This document shows positions 1 to 21,160 of a stretch of DNA of 64,000 nt, piece after piece (position 1 is the first letter of the stretch; each line of letters begins with the position of its first letter). Both the position numbers and the translations under genes were made by a program. The notes below the pieces were generated by a model that was not told the origin of the DNA, did not search any database, and saw nothing but the letters and a program-made list of their open reading frames with translations. This DNA is from the human T2T-CHM13v2.0 reference genome, Homo sapiens, in the NCBI RefSeq assembly GCF_009914755.1, contig NC_060928.1; one strand, given 5' to 3'.

Positions 1-344
1 CCCCCAAGTCTGACTTTTTTCAGATGGCTCTGACTGCAGCTCGCTTTTGAGTTCCTAGCTTCTGTCACTTCAGTAAGAGTGAAACACATCTTTTATAGCA
101 CAACAGCCTTCCTGCAGAATGAGTCCTCCAGGAGAAAGCTGAAGCAACCCACTCACACCTGAATACTGCACAGTGGCTCATGCAGCATGGCTGGTTGTCT
201 GCAGCAGTAAAAAAATGTCACCTGAGGTGCACAAACAGCTCCTGGTTGAGGGAATCTTCACTTCTATCTCACCCTGAGGTTACTTTTGGGCATTTGTTGG
301 CAGACATTTGTAGATTGCTTCCCTACTTTCCATTTTCCTTACTG

Positions 345-850
345 TAGACAACAGAAGCCTGTGGCTAATTGGGTGGAACTCTCCTTTCTCCACTCCCTGA
401 GAGTGATTTGGCTGAAGCTGTCCCCACCCTAGGTCCTGCCCTGCTTGGCTTAAGCTGATTAATTTGTAGTTAGTGGTTCAGGCACAAGCAGGTGACACAG
501 ACCCACGCCCCTTGGAGCATTCCCCTTGCTCTGGTGACCGGTCCAAATGTTGGCCCTCCTCTCGAGCTGGTCAAAACCAAGTAGACTCCAATTATTGCTA
601 AGAAAGTTATCAGAGGCTTTCCTTCCCTTGACGGTGTGGGGTGAGGGAGGCAGCACCTGCCCCCACCAGGAGAGTATCTGATGCTGTTACGAGAAGTTTG
701 GAGCCTGAGGATAGATTTGACCCCATGGAAAACAGAGAGCTATAGAGAGAACCTCAGTCCTTGGAGACATGGGTGAGCCATTGGATCAAGTCTCACTGGA
801 AGCTGGAATTGTCTCTTGGCATTTTAGTTACATGGAGCAGTAAAGTGTAC
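345..850 (+). mobile_element. Old ERVL/MaLR LTR fragment (MLT1-like)
   Basis: 3' motif gagccattggatcaagtc...ttttagttacatggagcagtaaa resembles old MLT1 LTR ends; highly diverged. Confidence 0.4.
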
Positions 851-2830
851 CGGAGGCCTAAGCCAACGCTCTGTCCCCGTAACACAGAGCCTTTTCCTTG
901 GGGACAGCTTCCGTGTCTTACTGCTCTATGCTTCCTCCATGTCTGCTAATGTGTTCTAAATAAATAAACATACTTTGCAAAATAAAAAAAGTAATTATTC
1001 ATAACTAACAACAGCTGTTAAACCAGCTATGTTGATATTACTCTTATAATTTTCCTTGATGCACAAAATGTTTTTCATGGTTAGATTTATGATACTAACC
1101 TGCCAGGACAAAGTTGAGAAGTTTACCATTTTCCTATACACATTGAATGCTCCAGGTACAGACCACATAACTAAAGTAAGATTTGTGAGCTGTATTGTAT
1201 TGCACTAACAAGGAATTGTTTCTCACAGCAAGCACTTTGGGGACCAACCCGAGAAAGCTTAGGTGAATTTTTATTTATTTGGTAGATTCTTTACTGTATG
1301 GCGAGTTATCTTAATAAAAAGAATTCCTTGAGAATCTCTTAATTAAACTTTTCCATACAACTAAAGGAATTAAGTGCTTAGAGTCTGTTACTATGATGGG
1401 ATCTTGACATATAAGTATTTTACTGAACAATGCATTTTTTGTAGTGTCTGTCACTGAGGAATACAAAAGATTTTTATAGCTTTTTGCACAAAGGGTTGTA
1501 ATTTTGATGCCTTAAAAATATCTGTGTCACCTCGAGCAGGACATTTAACTCTTCTGGGCCAGAACATCCTCGGTAAAAGAAGAGTTGGTCTCAGTAATCT
1601 CTTAGTTGTTATTATTATAAATCACTAATATTACAGAGATTCAAGATGCAAATATACTCCTTCATTTCTTCATTAAAAAATTAGATAATCCTAATATGTA
1701 GCATTTATAGTGAAGGATTCTAGAATCAAGAAGACAATGATTATTACTTCAGCAACCTTTTTGTTCTCTAGAGTGAAAGTTTGTTTTAAAAGGTTTTATT
1801 CTTTGTTTATTCATTTGGTAAATATTCACTGAGGTGCCGACCATGTGCCCAGAATTCTGTGGCACCGGCTTCATATCTGAGAAGGACATTATGGCAGGAA
1901 AGATTTAGGTTTGCTATACAAATGCATTTCCTATACACAGAGTGGCTAAGTGATAAAATGTAGACCCGACTCTGCTGTGAAACACTGACATCAATTTTAT
2001 AAGTACATGAAACGTGTATGGGGTAACAGCATCTTTGAGCACCAGGGAGGCAGATCCTTCTGTCTCGGCCACCACTGGGTCAGCAGCCAGGCAGCGCCTG
2101 TGCATGATGGTCACCTAACAAGCGTGCGAGAGTAACCTGATGAGTCAGCCAGTTCCTATCGCCCTGTAGTGTGATAATGACCCTTGGTTTCCTTTTTTGA
2201 CTCCCTGTGCTTGGGGTTAATACTGTGGCTATCTATGCTAGAGTCCTCCAGCAGCATTTCTTGGAGATTATATGTCTATTGTTATCTCACATTCCCTCTA
2301 TGTGGAAGAGCACCACTAAATAGCAGAGGGATGGACAAATGACAAAAAATCCTCTGTTTTAATATTACTTAGACGTGCACTGTACAGTTAGCAAGTCGTA
2401 TATTCAGTGGTGTTTTCTCCATTATTTGATGGCCTCAGAAGTGACTGAAATTGCCCTCATCTGTGAAGTGTTGTGTCTGGAGCCAGGAACACATGGGCCC
2501 TTGATAAATGTTGGTTGAATGAAATTTAAGCAAGAAGGAAAAGAGCCAGTCCTGTTTTGAATCAATCTTTCCAAAGAAGTGGCTGAGCACTAACCCTGTG
2601 CTTCACCTGACTAAACCTTCTGGAGACAGAAGTGGACATGACCTTGGGGAGACAAACCAAATGTATTTGAAGAGATGGAAGTTCGCAATTAAGTGTCAAT
2701 TGTGCGTAGCACAGACTGTTAAGTGCTGAAAGAATTTAGAGGACAGAGATATCTAAGAGGGTGGAAAGAGATCAGTGAAGATATATGAAAGATAAAGGAC
2801 TTGAGAGGGTTCTTAAAAGAAGGATTTGGA

Positions 2831-3310
<480 letters not shown>

Positions 3311-5234
3311 TCACCACTCACTGGGATCAGAATATTATCCTCCTGTTAAGCCTTGGTTTCAAAGAGGGTGCACATTTCCTGCATGGCAAGACAACACCAT
3401 CACCACTGGTAACATAACCCTGCACGTTAGGGAGCTGGTAAATAAATAAACCTTTACATTCCAGATCAATCCATCCAGCCTCTGACAATGACTTATGGCT
3501 TGTACTGCAAGGTTAAAAATTAGTCAAGGGTGCCGTTCAAAGTCAGCTCATACCCTGGGATTTCTGGAGGAAAAGGGCATCTGCCATGAGCCTGGTCTGT
3601 GAACATAACTTAAACGAGTTATCTTGGACCTGAAGCACTAGAAAGACTGGGGAGAAACCACATGAATACGATGCCTTCAAAACACCGCAAATGCCCTCAT
3701 GCTGATAAGGCGGAAGAAACACCATCCACAATCATTTTCAGAGTTAACACAAGCAAACAGAGAGGTCCTCAAGGACTCATCATTTCAGTTTATATTCTAA
3801 GATAACTGTACCCAGGAGTAACCATTCCAGCTTTCTAAAGCTTTATAGCTTTTTATATTCTTTCATTGATATCAATTCTATGACCCTGAGGGGTAGACCT
3901 CATTTCCATTTTAACATGAACAAAACAGATGTCAGAAAAGAAATTTCTTATTCAAAGTTGCACAGCTGGAAGTTTAAGTACCCACTTAGATAATGATTTA
4001 AGAACAAAACAAAGAATGCACCTGCATAACTGTGTAAAAGATGCTGTTTGTAATGACAACATTTTGTCCCACTCTGAGGCTTCCTGAAATACATTATGGT
4101 ACATTCAAACAATGGAATAATCTGCAGCTCTTAAGATCTATTTTGAGGAATCGTATCTGTTAACATAAAAAGATATTTATGTTACATTGCTTAGTTAGAA
4201 AAGCAGTTACCAAACCGAATATAGGGTACGAATCTCTGTTTGAAAATAAAAAGTATTTGCATAGCAAAAAACCATTAATATATATATTAATATATATACA
4301 TACACAATATGTATACACATACATACATACACGAAAGGACTATTAGTAATGTGGAATTGTGAATGTTTTTGTGCTTACGTGCTTTTGTTTTTGTGCGTCT
4401 TCAAATTTTTCTGGTTTGAGATTTTGCTTTTGAAATAAGGACTACAAATCAAAATAAAAAAGCAAGCAAGAAAAAGACAAACCTTACAGAAAAAGTTAAG
4501 AGTTTACCTGTGCTAAAATGTTCGCTCCACTTATTTGTCTCAGTGTCTGGAATTTCTACCATTATCACTTTATGTATGAAAACCATTTCAAAAGACAAGA
4601 GTTCCTGGGAGAGTGCCACAAATTACTACTCTTACATCCCGTGGCTTAGAAACTCAGACCAGTCGCCTCCCATCTAGAAAAGCCTAGAGCACGGCCTTGC
4701 TGGAAATTCAGGTTGGCACCACAAAGCAGGAGCTGCTCTCCGGGGAGGACAGAACTTCCTAGGTGGGGTCTGAGAAGCACTGGATCTTAGAAGGAAGCAA
4801 AAGGAGATGGGAAAGGGAAGCAGAAATAACAATCTGGTGTTACTTAGTGCCTGCTCTAGGAAAGTGAATACAAAGCAGTACGCATCCACAGAGACTCGCA
4901 GAAAGCTCAACAATTGGTCCGAGCTCAGAGTGGCAGTGTTAATGGAGTTTGGAGTACATGAAAACATCTCTTTAGCCTTCTGGTGAAGTCAAATCCTGGA
5001 TCCAGGTCTGGAAGTATTCAGCGTATACTGGGGGAAATTAAACTCTGTGAGGAAGTGGACAGTGTCAAGTTGGAGGCTGGAGTGTGTAGGAGCCACTAAG
5101 CCCTTGGGGAATCAACCTGAATTAAGGAGTAATCTGAGTTTGGGTCTTATTATTTGACATAATACTTTCTGTTGTTTAAACTAGTCAAGGTTTTTTGTTA
5201 CTGGCAACAAAAGCATCCTAAGGGATCCAACCAC

Positions 5235-5455
5235 ATTTAATGAGCACACATGTGTGCCAGGCAATGTGTTAAGGCTTTATGTGTATTGCTTCATTCGATC
5301 CTCACACAACCCCAAGACATACATCATTGTCATACCTGGTTGGAAAACAAGGAGCGAAAGCTTACAGAGGTTTAGAAACTTGCCCGGGTTGCACAACCCT
5401 GGAGGAATAGGTGTGCATTTGTGTGAACATAGACCATCTGACTCCAGGGCCCCAA
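5235..5455 (-). mobile_element. MIR
   Basis: tgtgccaggca...atcctcac...agaggttt..aaacttgccc...tctgactccag pattern. Confidence 0.6.
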
Positions 5456-5719
5456 TCTAATACTCACAGTGGTTCCATTTGTTTCCTAATTTAATATTAG
5501 GTAATATGTGCCATTGCTCAGTTGATGTTTTTTATCCATGAGTTATTAGCAGATGAAAAGAAAGAATTTGAGGGTAGTTCTACCCACAATTCCAAAGAAC
5601 ATTCTCTGCTCCATTGACACTGGTTTCCTTTGCAAAAGCCAAACTCTGTACAACTAATTTGTCCAGAGAGGAATGCTGTGGGGTGGAGCGGGTAGCAGGA
5701 GATGAGTGGGGAACAGCCT

Positions 5720-5900
5720 AAGACGTTCAGCTCCTTGCTTTGGACTTAACAGGAGATCTAAGGCAAGGTATTAAATCCCCTGAGCCTCAGTTTCCTCATC
5801 TGTAAAGGGGTAGCAGGAGAGACATTTCTCACAGACCTAGTGTGTGGATTGAGATAGACACAGTATATAAAGCATGAGAGTGGTGCCTAGCCTATGACAG
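5720..5900 (+). mobile_element. MIR
   Basis: MIR core ctgagcctcagtttcctcatctgtaaa. Confidence 0.65.
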
Positions 5901-6029
5901 ATCCTAAAAGAAGGCAGCTACTGGGAAACAGGCTACTGTGCGGATGAGGAACACAGGCTTGGGAGTTCAGGCTTACCAGGATTCCAATCTTGCCTTAATT
6001 TCCTACTTTGTCTCTAAAATCAGGATAAT

Positions 6030-6370
6030 CATTCATTTATTCAACATTTTTTTGCCTCCATTCTAGCCCATATGCTGAAATAATGTTGAGTTAAAACTAC
6101 AAACAGATAAGTCTCTATTATCTTGAAAATTACAATCTAATAGGGAAACAGAGATGAAAAAGGAGATTACAATGTGGTGTGTTATGTTCTAAGACAGAGG
6201 AAGCATGGGCTTTCATGAGAATGCTTGGGAGTTAGATTCAACCTGGGTTTGGTGTGTCACAGGAGGCTCCCTGGAGGAAGAGATCCTCAAGGTGAGTGCT
6301 AAGCCCTAAGTAGGAGTGAGCTAAGTTGCAGTGGGCATGGAGAAAGGGGGAAGGGAAGAGCATTTCAGGT
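6030..6370 (-). mobile_element. L2 3' fragment
   Basis: cattcatttattcaaca tail then ggaggctccctggaggaag-type L2 sequence. Confidence 0.5.
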
Positions 6371-6984
6371 CTCAGGCTGTTGGGAAGGTTAAATGCGACA
6401 ATGTATGGAATCGCTTAATATAGTGCCCAGCAATTTATGTGTGCACCATAAATAGCAGTGATTTCCTTATTTTAGAACATTTGAAATACATGTGTTTTTC
6501 TATTTGCTTGTCCAGCTTCAGAATGAATGTTCTCCATTAACTATCAAGTGGTTTTCTGAGTCTCACCAGCATTACTTAACATATGATCATCTAAAGAACC
6601 ACAGTTGTGTTCTAACTTATATTTTTGAGCAGCAAAGAGGATGCTATTCTTGCATTCTCTACAAATGGTAAGTGGCCAGCAGGGCACTGCTTTACTAAGT
6701 GGAGGCAGTAAAGGTTGGCTGTTTACTGAGCCTGCCAAACACACTCATAGATCCTTTCCAGCAGTCTCATTACTTTTTAGTTCAGCTCTAAGGAAGGGAA
6801 AACCTAACACTTCTTAATAGTTAAGCACTTAGACCACCTTCATCTTGCAGACAAAGACTCATGGTGCTCTGTCTTCCTTCTGTTTCCTTGGCAAGTAGCC
6901 TGTATGTACCTTGACGTATCTTTATGATGCTTCAGAATAATTTCTCAGTGAGCCTGATTCTCCACACCCACCAGCTCATTTGGG

Positions 6985-7290
6985 GAAGACAATATTCAGT
7001 TTTGGAAACCACATGTTAAGACAGATATGGAAAAAGTGAAGTATGTGCACAGGAGAAGGTTTCAGACTGTGAAGAGGCTTGGATCCATGCTAAATGAAAC
7101 CAACCTACTGGCCACTTTGTCACTTGTGCAGAAGTGGGCAACAGTGTTAAGGGAGTTGTCTGCTCTGCTAGGTTGTGAGGAGAGGGCATATGGTAAAGAT
7201 ATCATACTAAGCTTCATAATTGTATTTCATTAAAAGTTGAGGTGGAAACTTTTATAAAAATCAAGTCTGAAATGTAGAAGACTTAGAAAA
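6985..7290 (+). mobile_element. L3/CR1 fragment
   Basis: ttcagttttggaaaccacatgttaagacagatatggaaaaagtg... resembles the CR1 ORF2 3' end. Confidence 0.45.
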
Positions 7291-7294
7291 CACT

Positions 7295-7990
7295 ATAGGT
7301 GGGAATGTAGAGCAAAGGCATTTTCATGCACTGTTGGTGGAATTGTAAACTGGTACCACTACTTTGGAAAATAAATTGTCTGGTATACGTGATGATATAT
7401 GCCCTCTGTGCATTCCTGCAATTCCCCTTCTAGAGAATTTCATGCCCTAGGGAAACAAACACACATGTGCCCAAGAATATATGTACAAGAAGGTTTATAG
7501 CAGCATGGCTCATAATTATGCAATGTCTGAACCAACCCACTGTCCACCAAAAGTAGAATGAATAAATAAATTGTGCTATGTTCATACAACAGAATGCTAT
7601 ATAGCAATGAGAAAAAATACATTGTAGTTACAGGAAACGTGGATTTTATAACTATAATGTACATATGAAGCAAGTTCAAAATAATATGGTATGATTGCAT
7701 TTATGTAGAGTTCAAAACTTAGTCAAACTAAATTATGATTTTTAGGGATGCATGCATAGGTGGTGAAACTAATGAAAAGCAAGGAAGTAGTTATAATAAA
7801 AATCAGGATAGTGGGAAGGGAGGATGCTATAATTGGTAAGAGACATACTGGAAACTTCTGGGGTTTGGCAATGTTCTATTGCTTGACCTGGCAGATGTTA
7901 TGTGGGTGTTTGTTTTATAATTTGTTAATTGTACATTTATATTTAATTCACTTTTCTGTATGTTATATTTCATCAAAAGTAAAAAAAATT
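7295..7990 (+). mobile_element. Old L1 (L1ME-like) 3' end
   Basis: actgttggtggaattgtaaactggtaccactactttggaaa (ORF2 end) followed by an L1ME-type 3'UTR and A-rich end. Confidence 0.75.
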
Positions 7991-9237
7991 AAGTGACCCT
8001 TTGAACAAATGGTAGCCTGTAGAGCAAATCATTAATAAAATTATTCTCTAATGGACTTCTAGTGAGAAAGCTTTTCCCCATGAGTCTCTGTTAGGTGCCT
8101 AATTTATCTCTAAATTCAAGACCTTTGGACACAATTGGTTTTGCTATAACCAGGAAAGGCTCTTTCCAGATACATCAGATATCTGGCTCTAACTCCCTGA
8201 AAAAGAATGTTGAAAAATGCTAGAGGGAAGATTTTTCCTCTTTGATAACCTGTTGCTTGTGAATGAGCTAACTGGTGCGATCTGGTATAGACTAGAAAGC
8301 CAGTGTATTTCTGAAATCAGGGTACTTATTTCTAGAGAAACGTGGAAACATTAACCAGATCCCCAGGGAAAGGCTTCCTGACAGACTGTTTTTGCTTCTT
8401 AGTTGTACAGATTAGACATAAAATGAGATGTGCCTTGAGTTTTTTATTCAACATTTCAAAATATAAAAACAAAATGAAAAACTTAAGTAAATGAACAATA
8501 AGGTGACGGTCTTTCACAGTATAAAGTGTAACTTTTTTGTTGCTCTCATTATGACCCCATGCCTTCATTACTCTAAGTGGACAGAAATTTTCAGACACAG
8601 GTTACTGTACACAGGATGATTCCATTTGGAAATTTAGGCCAAAGAGCAGAGAGAATAATCTTTCAAAGGTACATATATATAGATCTGTATCTTATGTTGT
8701 AAAACACACGTTTATATACAAATTTCATATTTATAAGTACAAAAGACAAAGAATGCAAATGAATAATTAATCTATAGTCAATATAGATAATACTGTTGTC
8801 CCTGTTCTGTTTTCTAATTTTACAAGACAATTGTAGCTGTCTGCATGCAGGTGGACTTGACTTGTAGCAACTGGAGACAAGGTGTAGTTCTCCATGTGTC
8901 TGAGATTCCAGAACTAGACTCAATTGTGGTTCCAGATCAAATCAGCCTGCAGAGAATGGCTGTTCCCTGGTGCACATGGAGTTGAGCGGAGCAGCACACT
9001 TGGGCACAGGGGTTGGCCGTCAGCTCACTGTCCTGCTGCCACCCTCCACCACCTCAGAGGCTGCTGTAACTTTGAGAAAATAACCTTTGAACCTCAGTCT
9101 CTACAATGCTTAAATAAAGAGAACATTCAATTAGAGAAAATAATTTTAGCAGTTAAATGTTCCATTTTTCCAAAGTGCTATATATAGATTTGACTCACAC
9201 TGGTTTACACATTTCCTAGGAAGAAAACAAACAAATC

Positions 9238-9646
9238 TGTATGTTATACTCGTGCCCTCTTAAAATATATACGTTGAAGCCCTAACCCCAAATGTGACTG
9301 TGTTTGGAGATAGGGCTTGTACAGAGATAATTAAGGTTAAATGAGGTCATAAGAGTGGGATCCTAATCTGACAGGATTAGTGTCCTTATAAGAAGAAGAG
9401 GAGCTCTAACCAGAGCTTCCGCATCCCACCGCTTTGACCCCACAGAAGAAAGGCCATGTGAGGACAGAGGGAGAAGGTTGCATCTGCCAGCCAAAAAGAA
9501 AGGCCTCTCCAGACACCAAGCACTATGATTTTCCAGCACCTTGATTTTGGACTTCCTGCCTCCCGAACTATAAGAAAATTAATTTTTGTTGTTTCAGCTA
9601 CTCAGCCTATGGTATTTTGTTAGGACAGCCTTAGTGGACTAATACA
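9238..9646 (+). mobile_element. MLT1A-like MaLR solo LTR
   Basis: taattaaggttaaatgaggtcataag...gtgtccttataagaag; ends ggtattttgtt...gactaataca. Confidence 0.85.
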
Positions 9647-10544
9647 CTGTGCCATCTTCTTAAAGAAGCTACCGTATTACACATTGTATTTTTTGATGCT
9701 CATGTCCCAGTCACTATACAGGGTTTATTTCTTTAAGTTAAATGATGCTAATCACTTAATTCAGTCAACAAATAAGATAACTCACTCTGTGTCAAAAATT
9801 ATTCTAGCTAGTGGCGATATGGCAGTGCATAACACAATATCCCTGCCCTTAGGAAATTTATATTCTGGTGGAGAAGAGTAAAGCACAGATGAGAAGACTT
9901 TAGTGACCCCTAAGCCAGCAGTATTTCACACTAGAGATTTTAAACTTCTTTCCTTCAGTTAAAGGAACAAATCAATGAAAGTCTTTATGAACACATTAAC
10001 CAAGAACATATTCTACAGGAAGAAATCCCTGGTCTTCCCTTTTTAAAAATTGCCAAAATTAAACACAAATCTAAGTTAAATGAGATTCGCAATCTATGAA
10101 AAGGCTAAATTAAGAACTGGTTTCTTTTTAACCAAGAACTGTCCAAACAAAAACAAAACAAAAAAGGTGCTCTTTCAGCGTGATTATGTAAAATGATTTG
10201 TCAGACCAACATTGGGAAGCAATCCAGCCCTTGCACACAAATGCCTAGCTACATGGCAAAGCACTCAGAGTCATCACCTTCACACCATAAAATCACTCTA
10301 CAAAAGGAGCTGAGTGTGTCAGATATTACATGATCCATAGTAGCATCCTGCAGAATGTCACAGTCAGAATTCTATCAGTCTCCCAGTCTTTGAAATACTG
10401 AGGCACGAAAACAAAACCCACAAGTATTGCCTTAGGTATAGAATCAAGAGAAAGCTATTGAGCTATAATTGAGCAATTGATAATGTGCCTCATGGCAGGA
10501 TAGGATGGAAAATACAATTTTAGCAGTGAGCATTGCTGAGAATT

Positions 10545-10590
10545 GTTAAAAACAAAAAAACAAAAAACAAAAACAAACAAACAAAAAAAA
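10545..10590 (+). repeat. A-rich (AAAC)n simple repeat
   Basis: Directly visible. Confidence 0.8.
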
Positions 10591-10699
10591 CTTTCCAGAA
10601 ATCCCAATAGAATTCCTTACATAAAGAGAGAAGGTAGGATTTTAAACCAAATGTAGACCGATTTTCATATCTGAGATTAGTTTGAATATGGAAATTTCC

Positions 10700-11130
10700 A
10701 TGTCAAAGTCATGATTTTCAAAGTCTTCCAGACCAAGAGACCAGTGATAGGCATGTGATCCACATTTAATTGGTTAGTGTTAAGACTCTGCCCAGTAAAG
10801 CAACTAGGCTAGTCATTTGCCTATTTGCGTTTACTCTCAGATCTAGTGTCTTTTCTCTTTCTCTGTTCTCAGTAACATGGGACTGACCTTTGCAAACTAC
10901 ATATTCTGAGCTTTCTAGGCAGCCTGGGCTTCTGGGCTCTAGTAACAACTCTTTTTCCTTTGAGTCTCTTCAGCCCTAGGCAAGATATTGGCTCTCTGGA
11001 TTGCCTTATTGTCCCTTGCTGTTTGCCTTTTCGGGTCTTCCCACAGGTCCATAATTAATTGTCCATATTCAATATACTATATTGTACCATGTGACATGGG
11101 TTGTGTGGCTCCTGCTAAGCCTAACTTATA
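10700..11130 (+). mobile_element. Old ERVL-class LTR (LTR16/LTR33-like)
   Basis: ctcttcagccctaggg and gggactgacctttg motifs; very diverged. Confidence 0.35.
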
Positions 11131-11589
11131 TAGTACTTCACGTAAGACAGTGACTTGTATTATACAAGTTGGGACCTCTCTCCTGAGTCTGAACCTGAGA
11201 TAGAAAATTAGCATAGCAGTAATTGCTGAGGCAGAGAATAGAAGAGCATTAGAAGATCCCCAGAAGTTCAGATCTGCATTGTCTCCTGAATGGCAATTGT
11301 GTTCTCTGTGACTTTCAATTTTGCAATTTCCACTTTGTTCTAAAAGATATTGAGGTTTTCCTTAAAGCAGCCAATGTGGGAGTTATGACCATTTCCTGCC
11401 TCGCTTACTTCTCTTCATATCTTTACAATATATTCAAGTGTGTCTCAGCTCTACATAACCTGAAATAGCCTATTACCAAACCTGAATGAAAGAAGTCAAG
11501 GCGGTAAATCTGGAAACTGCTCTAAAGACACAAATGCTGCAAATGCACGTGACTTACATGTCCTCAGGCCTTAATGAAGGTGTGCAGGC

Positions 11590-19125
<7,536 letters not shown>

Positions 19126-19127
19126 GA

Positions 19128-19580
19128 GTCTGTTTCCTAGTGCCACTATAACAAATTACCACAAACTGAATGGCTTAAAACAACAGAAATATATTTTCTC
19201 ACAGCCATTGAGGCCAAAAATCTAAAATCAAGATGTTAGCAGAGCCACATTTCCTCCAAAGGAAATGGCAGATAATCCAGTACTTACCTCTTCCAGCTTC
19301 TGGTGGCTTTTTCGGCACTCTTGGACTTGAGGTCACTGCACTTTAATCTCTGCCTCTGTTTTCACATCATCTTTTCCTCTGAGTGTTTGTGTTATCTCCC
19401 TTTGCCTCTATCCTGGAAGGACACTTATAATTCCATTAAGGGTCTACCCAGATAATCCAGGGTAATCTCTTCATCTCAAAATCCTCAACTTAATTACATC
19501 TACAAATACCTCTTTCCCAAATAAATTCTCATTTACAAGTTCAGGGATTATAACTTGATATCTTTGGTGACCATAATTAT
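19128..19580 (-). mobile_element. MLT1C/D-like MaLR LTR
   Basis: taacaaattaccacaaactgaatggcttaaaacaacagaaa and ataatccagggtaatctc...cttaattacatct hallmarks. Confidence 0.85.
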
Positions 19581-19699
19581 AAGATGTAAGTATAAATTAG
19601 TTCTCTGTTATTCTAATTTGGCTAGAAGAAAAAGTCTGGGGGGGAAGTATAAAGGAACAAGTAAAATATGTATGGAGTGAACCAGGAAGAAACCCTGAG

Positions 19700-20730
19700 G
19701 ATTTCATTCACCAGTTCAATTTGTTAAAAATGTTTACTGAACACCTAATATGTGATGGGGGCATAGAAAAAAAAATACCCTTGTCCTCGTAGAGCTAACA
19801 TTCTAATGAGAGGAGACTAATAACAAAGCAAACAAGTCAAACACATAATCTTCACATAGTGATGAGGGCTATGGGAAAAAAATAAAGGAAGCAAGCAAGA
19901 GATATGAAATGGACTCCAGAGATGGTGAATAGGGTATAATTATAAATAGAGTGGACAGGGAAGTTCTGATTGGAAATGGAGTATTTGAGTAAAGATCTGA
20001 AATAAAGTGAGAAACTGAGGCATGCACATATCTGAGGAAGATGTTTCAGGTAGATGGAACAGTATGTACAAGAGCCTGAGTTAGGAATGTACTTGGTGAG
20101 TTTGGAGAAAGTGGCTAGAAACCCAGCATCAGCTAGAGCAGAATGAGCCATACTGGGGGGTATGTCAGAGGGTGCAGATCAAATAGGACATTGAAAGCTG
20201 TATGTAATGACTTTGGCTTTCACTTGAGTAAGATGGAAAGCCATTTAGAAGGCCATGATATGATTAAGCTTTAAAGGGATTTCTTTGAGTGTGGTGTTGG
20301 GAAGAGATTGGGAACAGAGTATGGAAGCAGAAAGATCTGTTAGGACAGAATTATTCAGTGACAGAATTATTGAGTGACAGAATAATGGTGGCTTAAATTA
20401 GGATGGCAGTGAAGGTGTGAGATGGCTTTAGATTCTGCTGAAAGTTGAGCCAACAGGACTTGTTGGTGGATTACATGTAGGGTATGAGAGAAAGAGAGGC
20501 ATTCAGAAGAAATCTAATGTTTTAGGCCTGAGCAGCAGAGGGATGAGGTTGCTATTAGTTGAGATGGGGAGGACTGTGGTCTAAAAAGGAAGAGCAGAAG
20601 TTTCTTTTTGAATATTTAAGTGTGAGGTGCCAATTATACATCCAATTGAGATGTTAAAGAGATCATTGGATATACTGAGTCTGGCATTTAGAGGAGAGGT
20701 CTGGTTTGGGCATATAGATTCAAGAGTCAA
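19700..20730 (-). mobile_element. L2
   Basis: tttactgaacacctaatatgtg, gactttggctttcact, ggagaggtctgg: typical antisense L2. Confidence 0.75.
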
Positions 20731-20989
20731 CTGACAGCAAATGGAAGGGAACAGAATTATTATGTTTAGGAACCTATTAAAATTAGGAAGGGTTAGGTAT
20801 CTTCAAGCCTCTTCTCTTTTAACTTAAGGGGTTATATGGAAAATGTTTCTAAGCATATAGTGTCCTACCTGTTCAATGTTCATTGACAAAACAAATTAAA
20901 ATATAGAACACAGAAAAGTATAGAATAGAATTGAGGTACAAGAAGTGCAATAGTTGATGAGAGAATGTCTGGAATTTAACATAAACTAG

Positions 20990-21160
20990 ATAATTAAATT
21001 CTCACAAGATAGGTATCACTGCCCCCATTTTATGGATAGGGAAACTGGCTTTTACAGAGGTCAAACAGCATGCCCAAACTCACAAAGTCAGTGAGTCGTA
21101 GAGCTGGGATTCAAATCCAGCAGATCTAACTCTGAAGTCCAGGTCCTTCCTATGACTCTA
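20990..21160 (-). mobile_element. MIR
   Basis: cccattttatggatagggaaactgg...gagctgggattcaaatccag. Confidence 0.7.

Noticed and set aside
6672-6690. CTCF-like TGGCCAGCAGGGCACTG (also CCACCAGGTGGAG at ~37896)
   Set aside because: Core spacing is 2 nt short in the first; the second mismatches the conserved GGC and lies in an L1 5'UTR.
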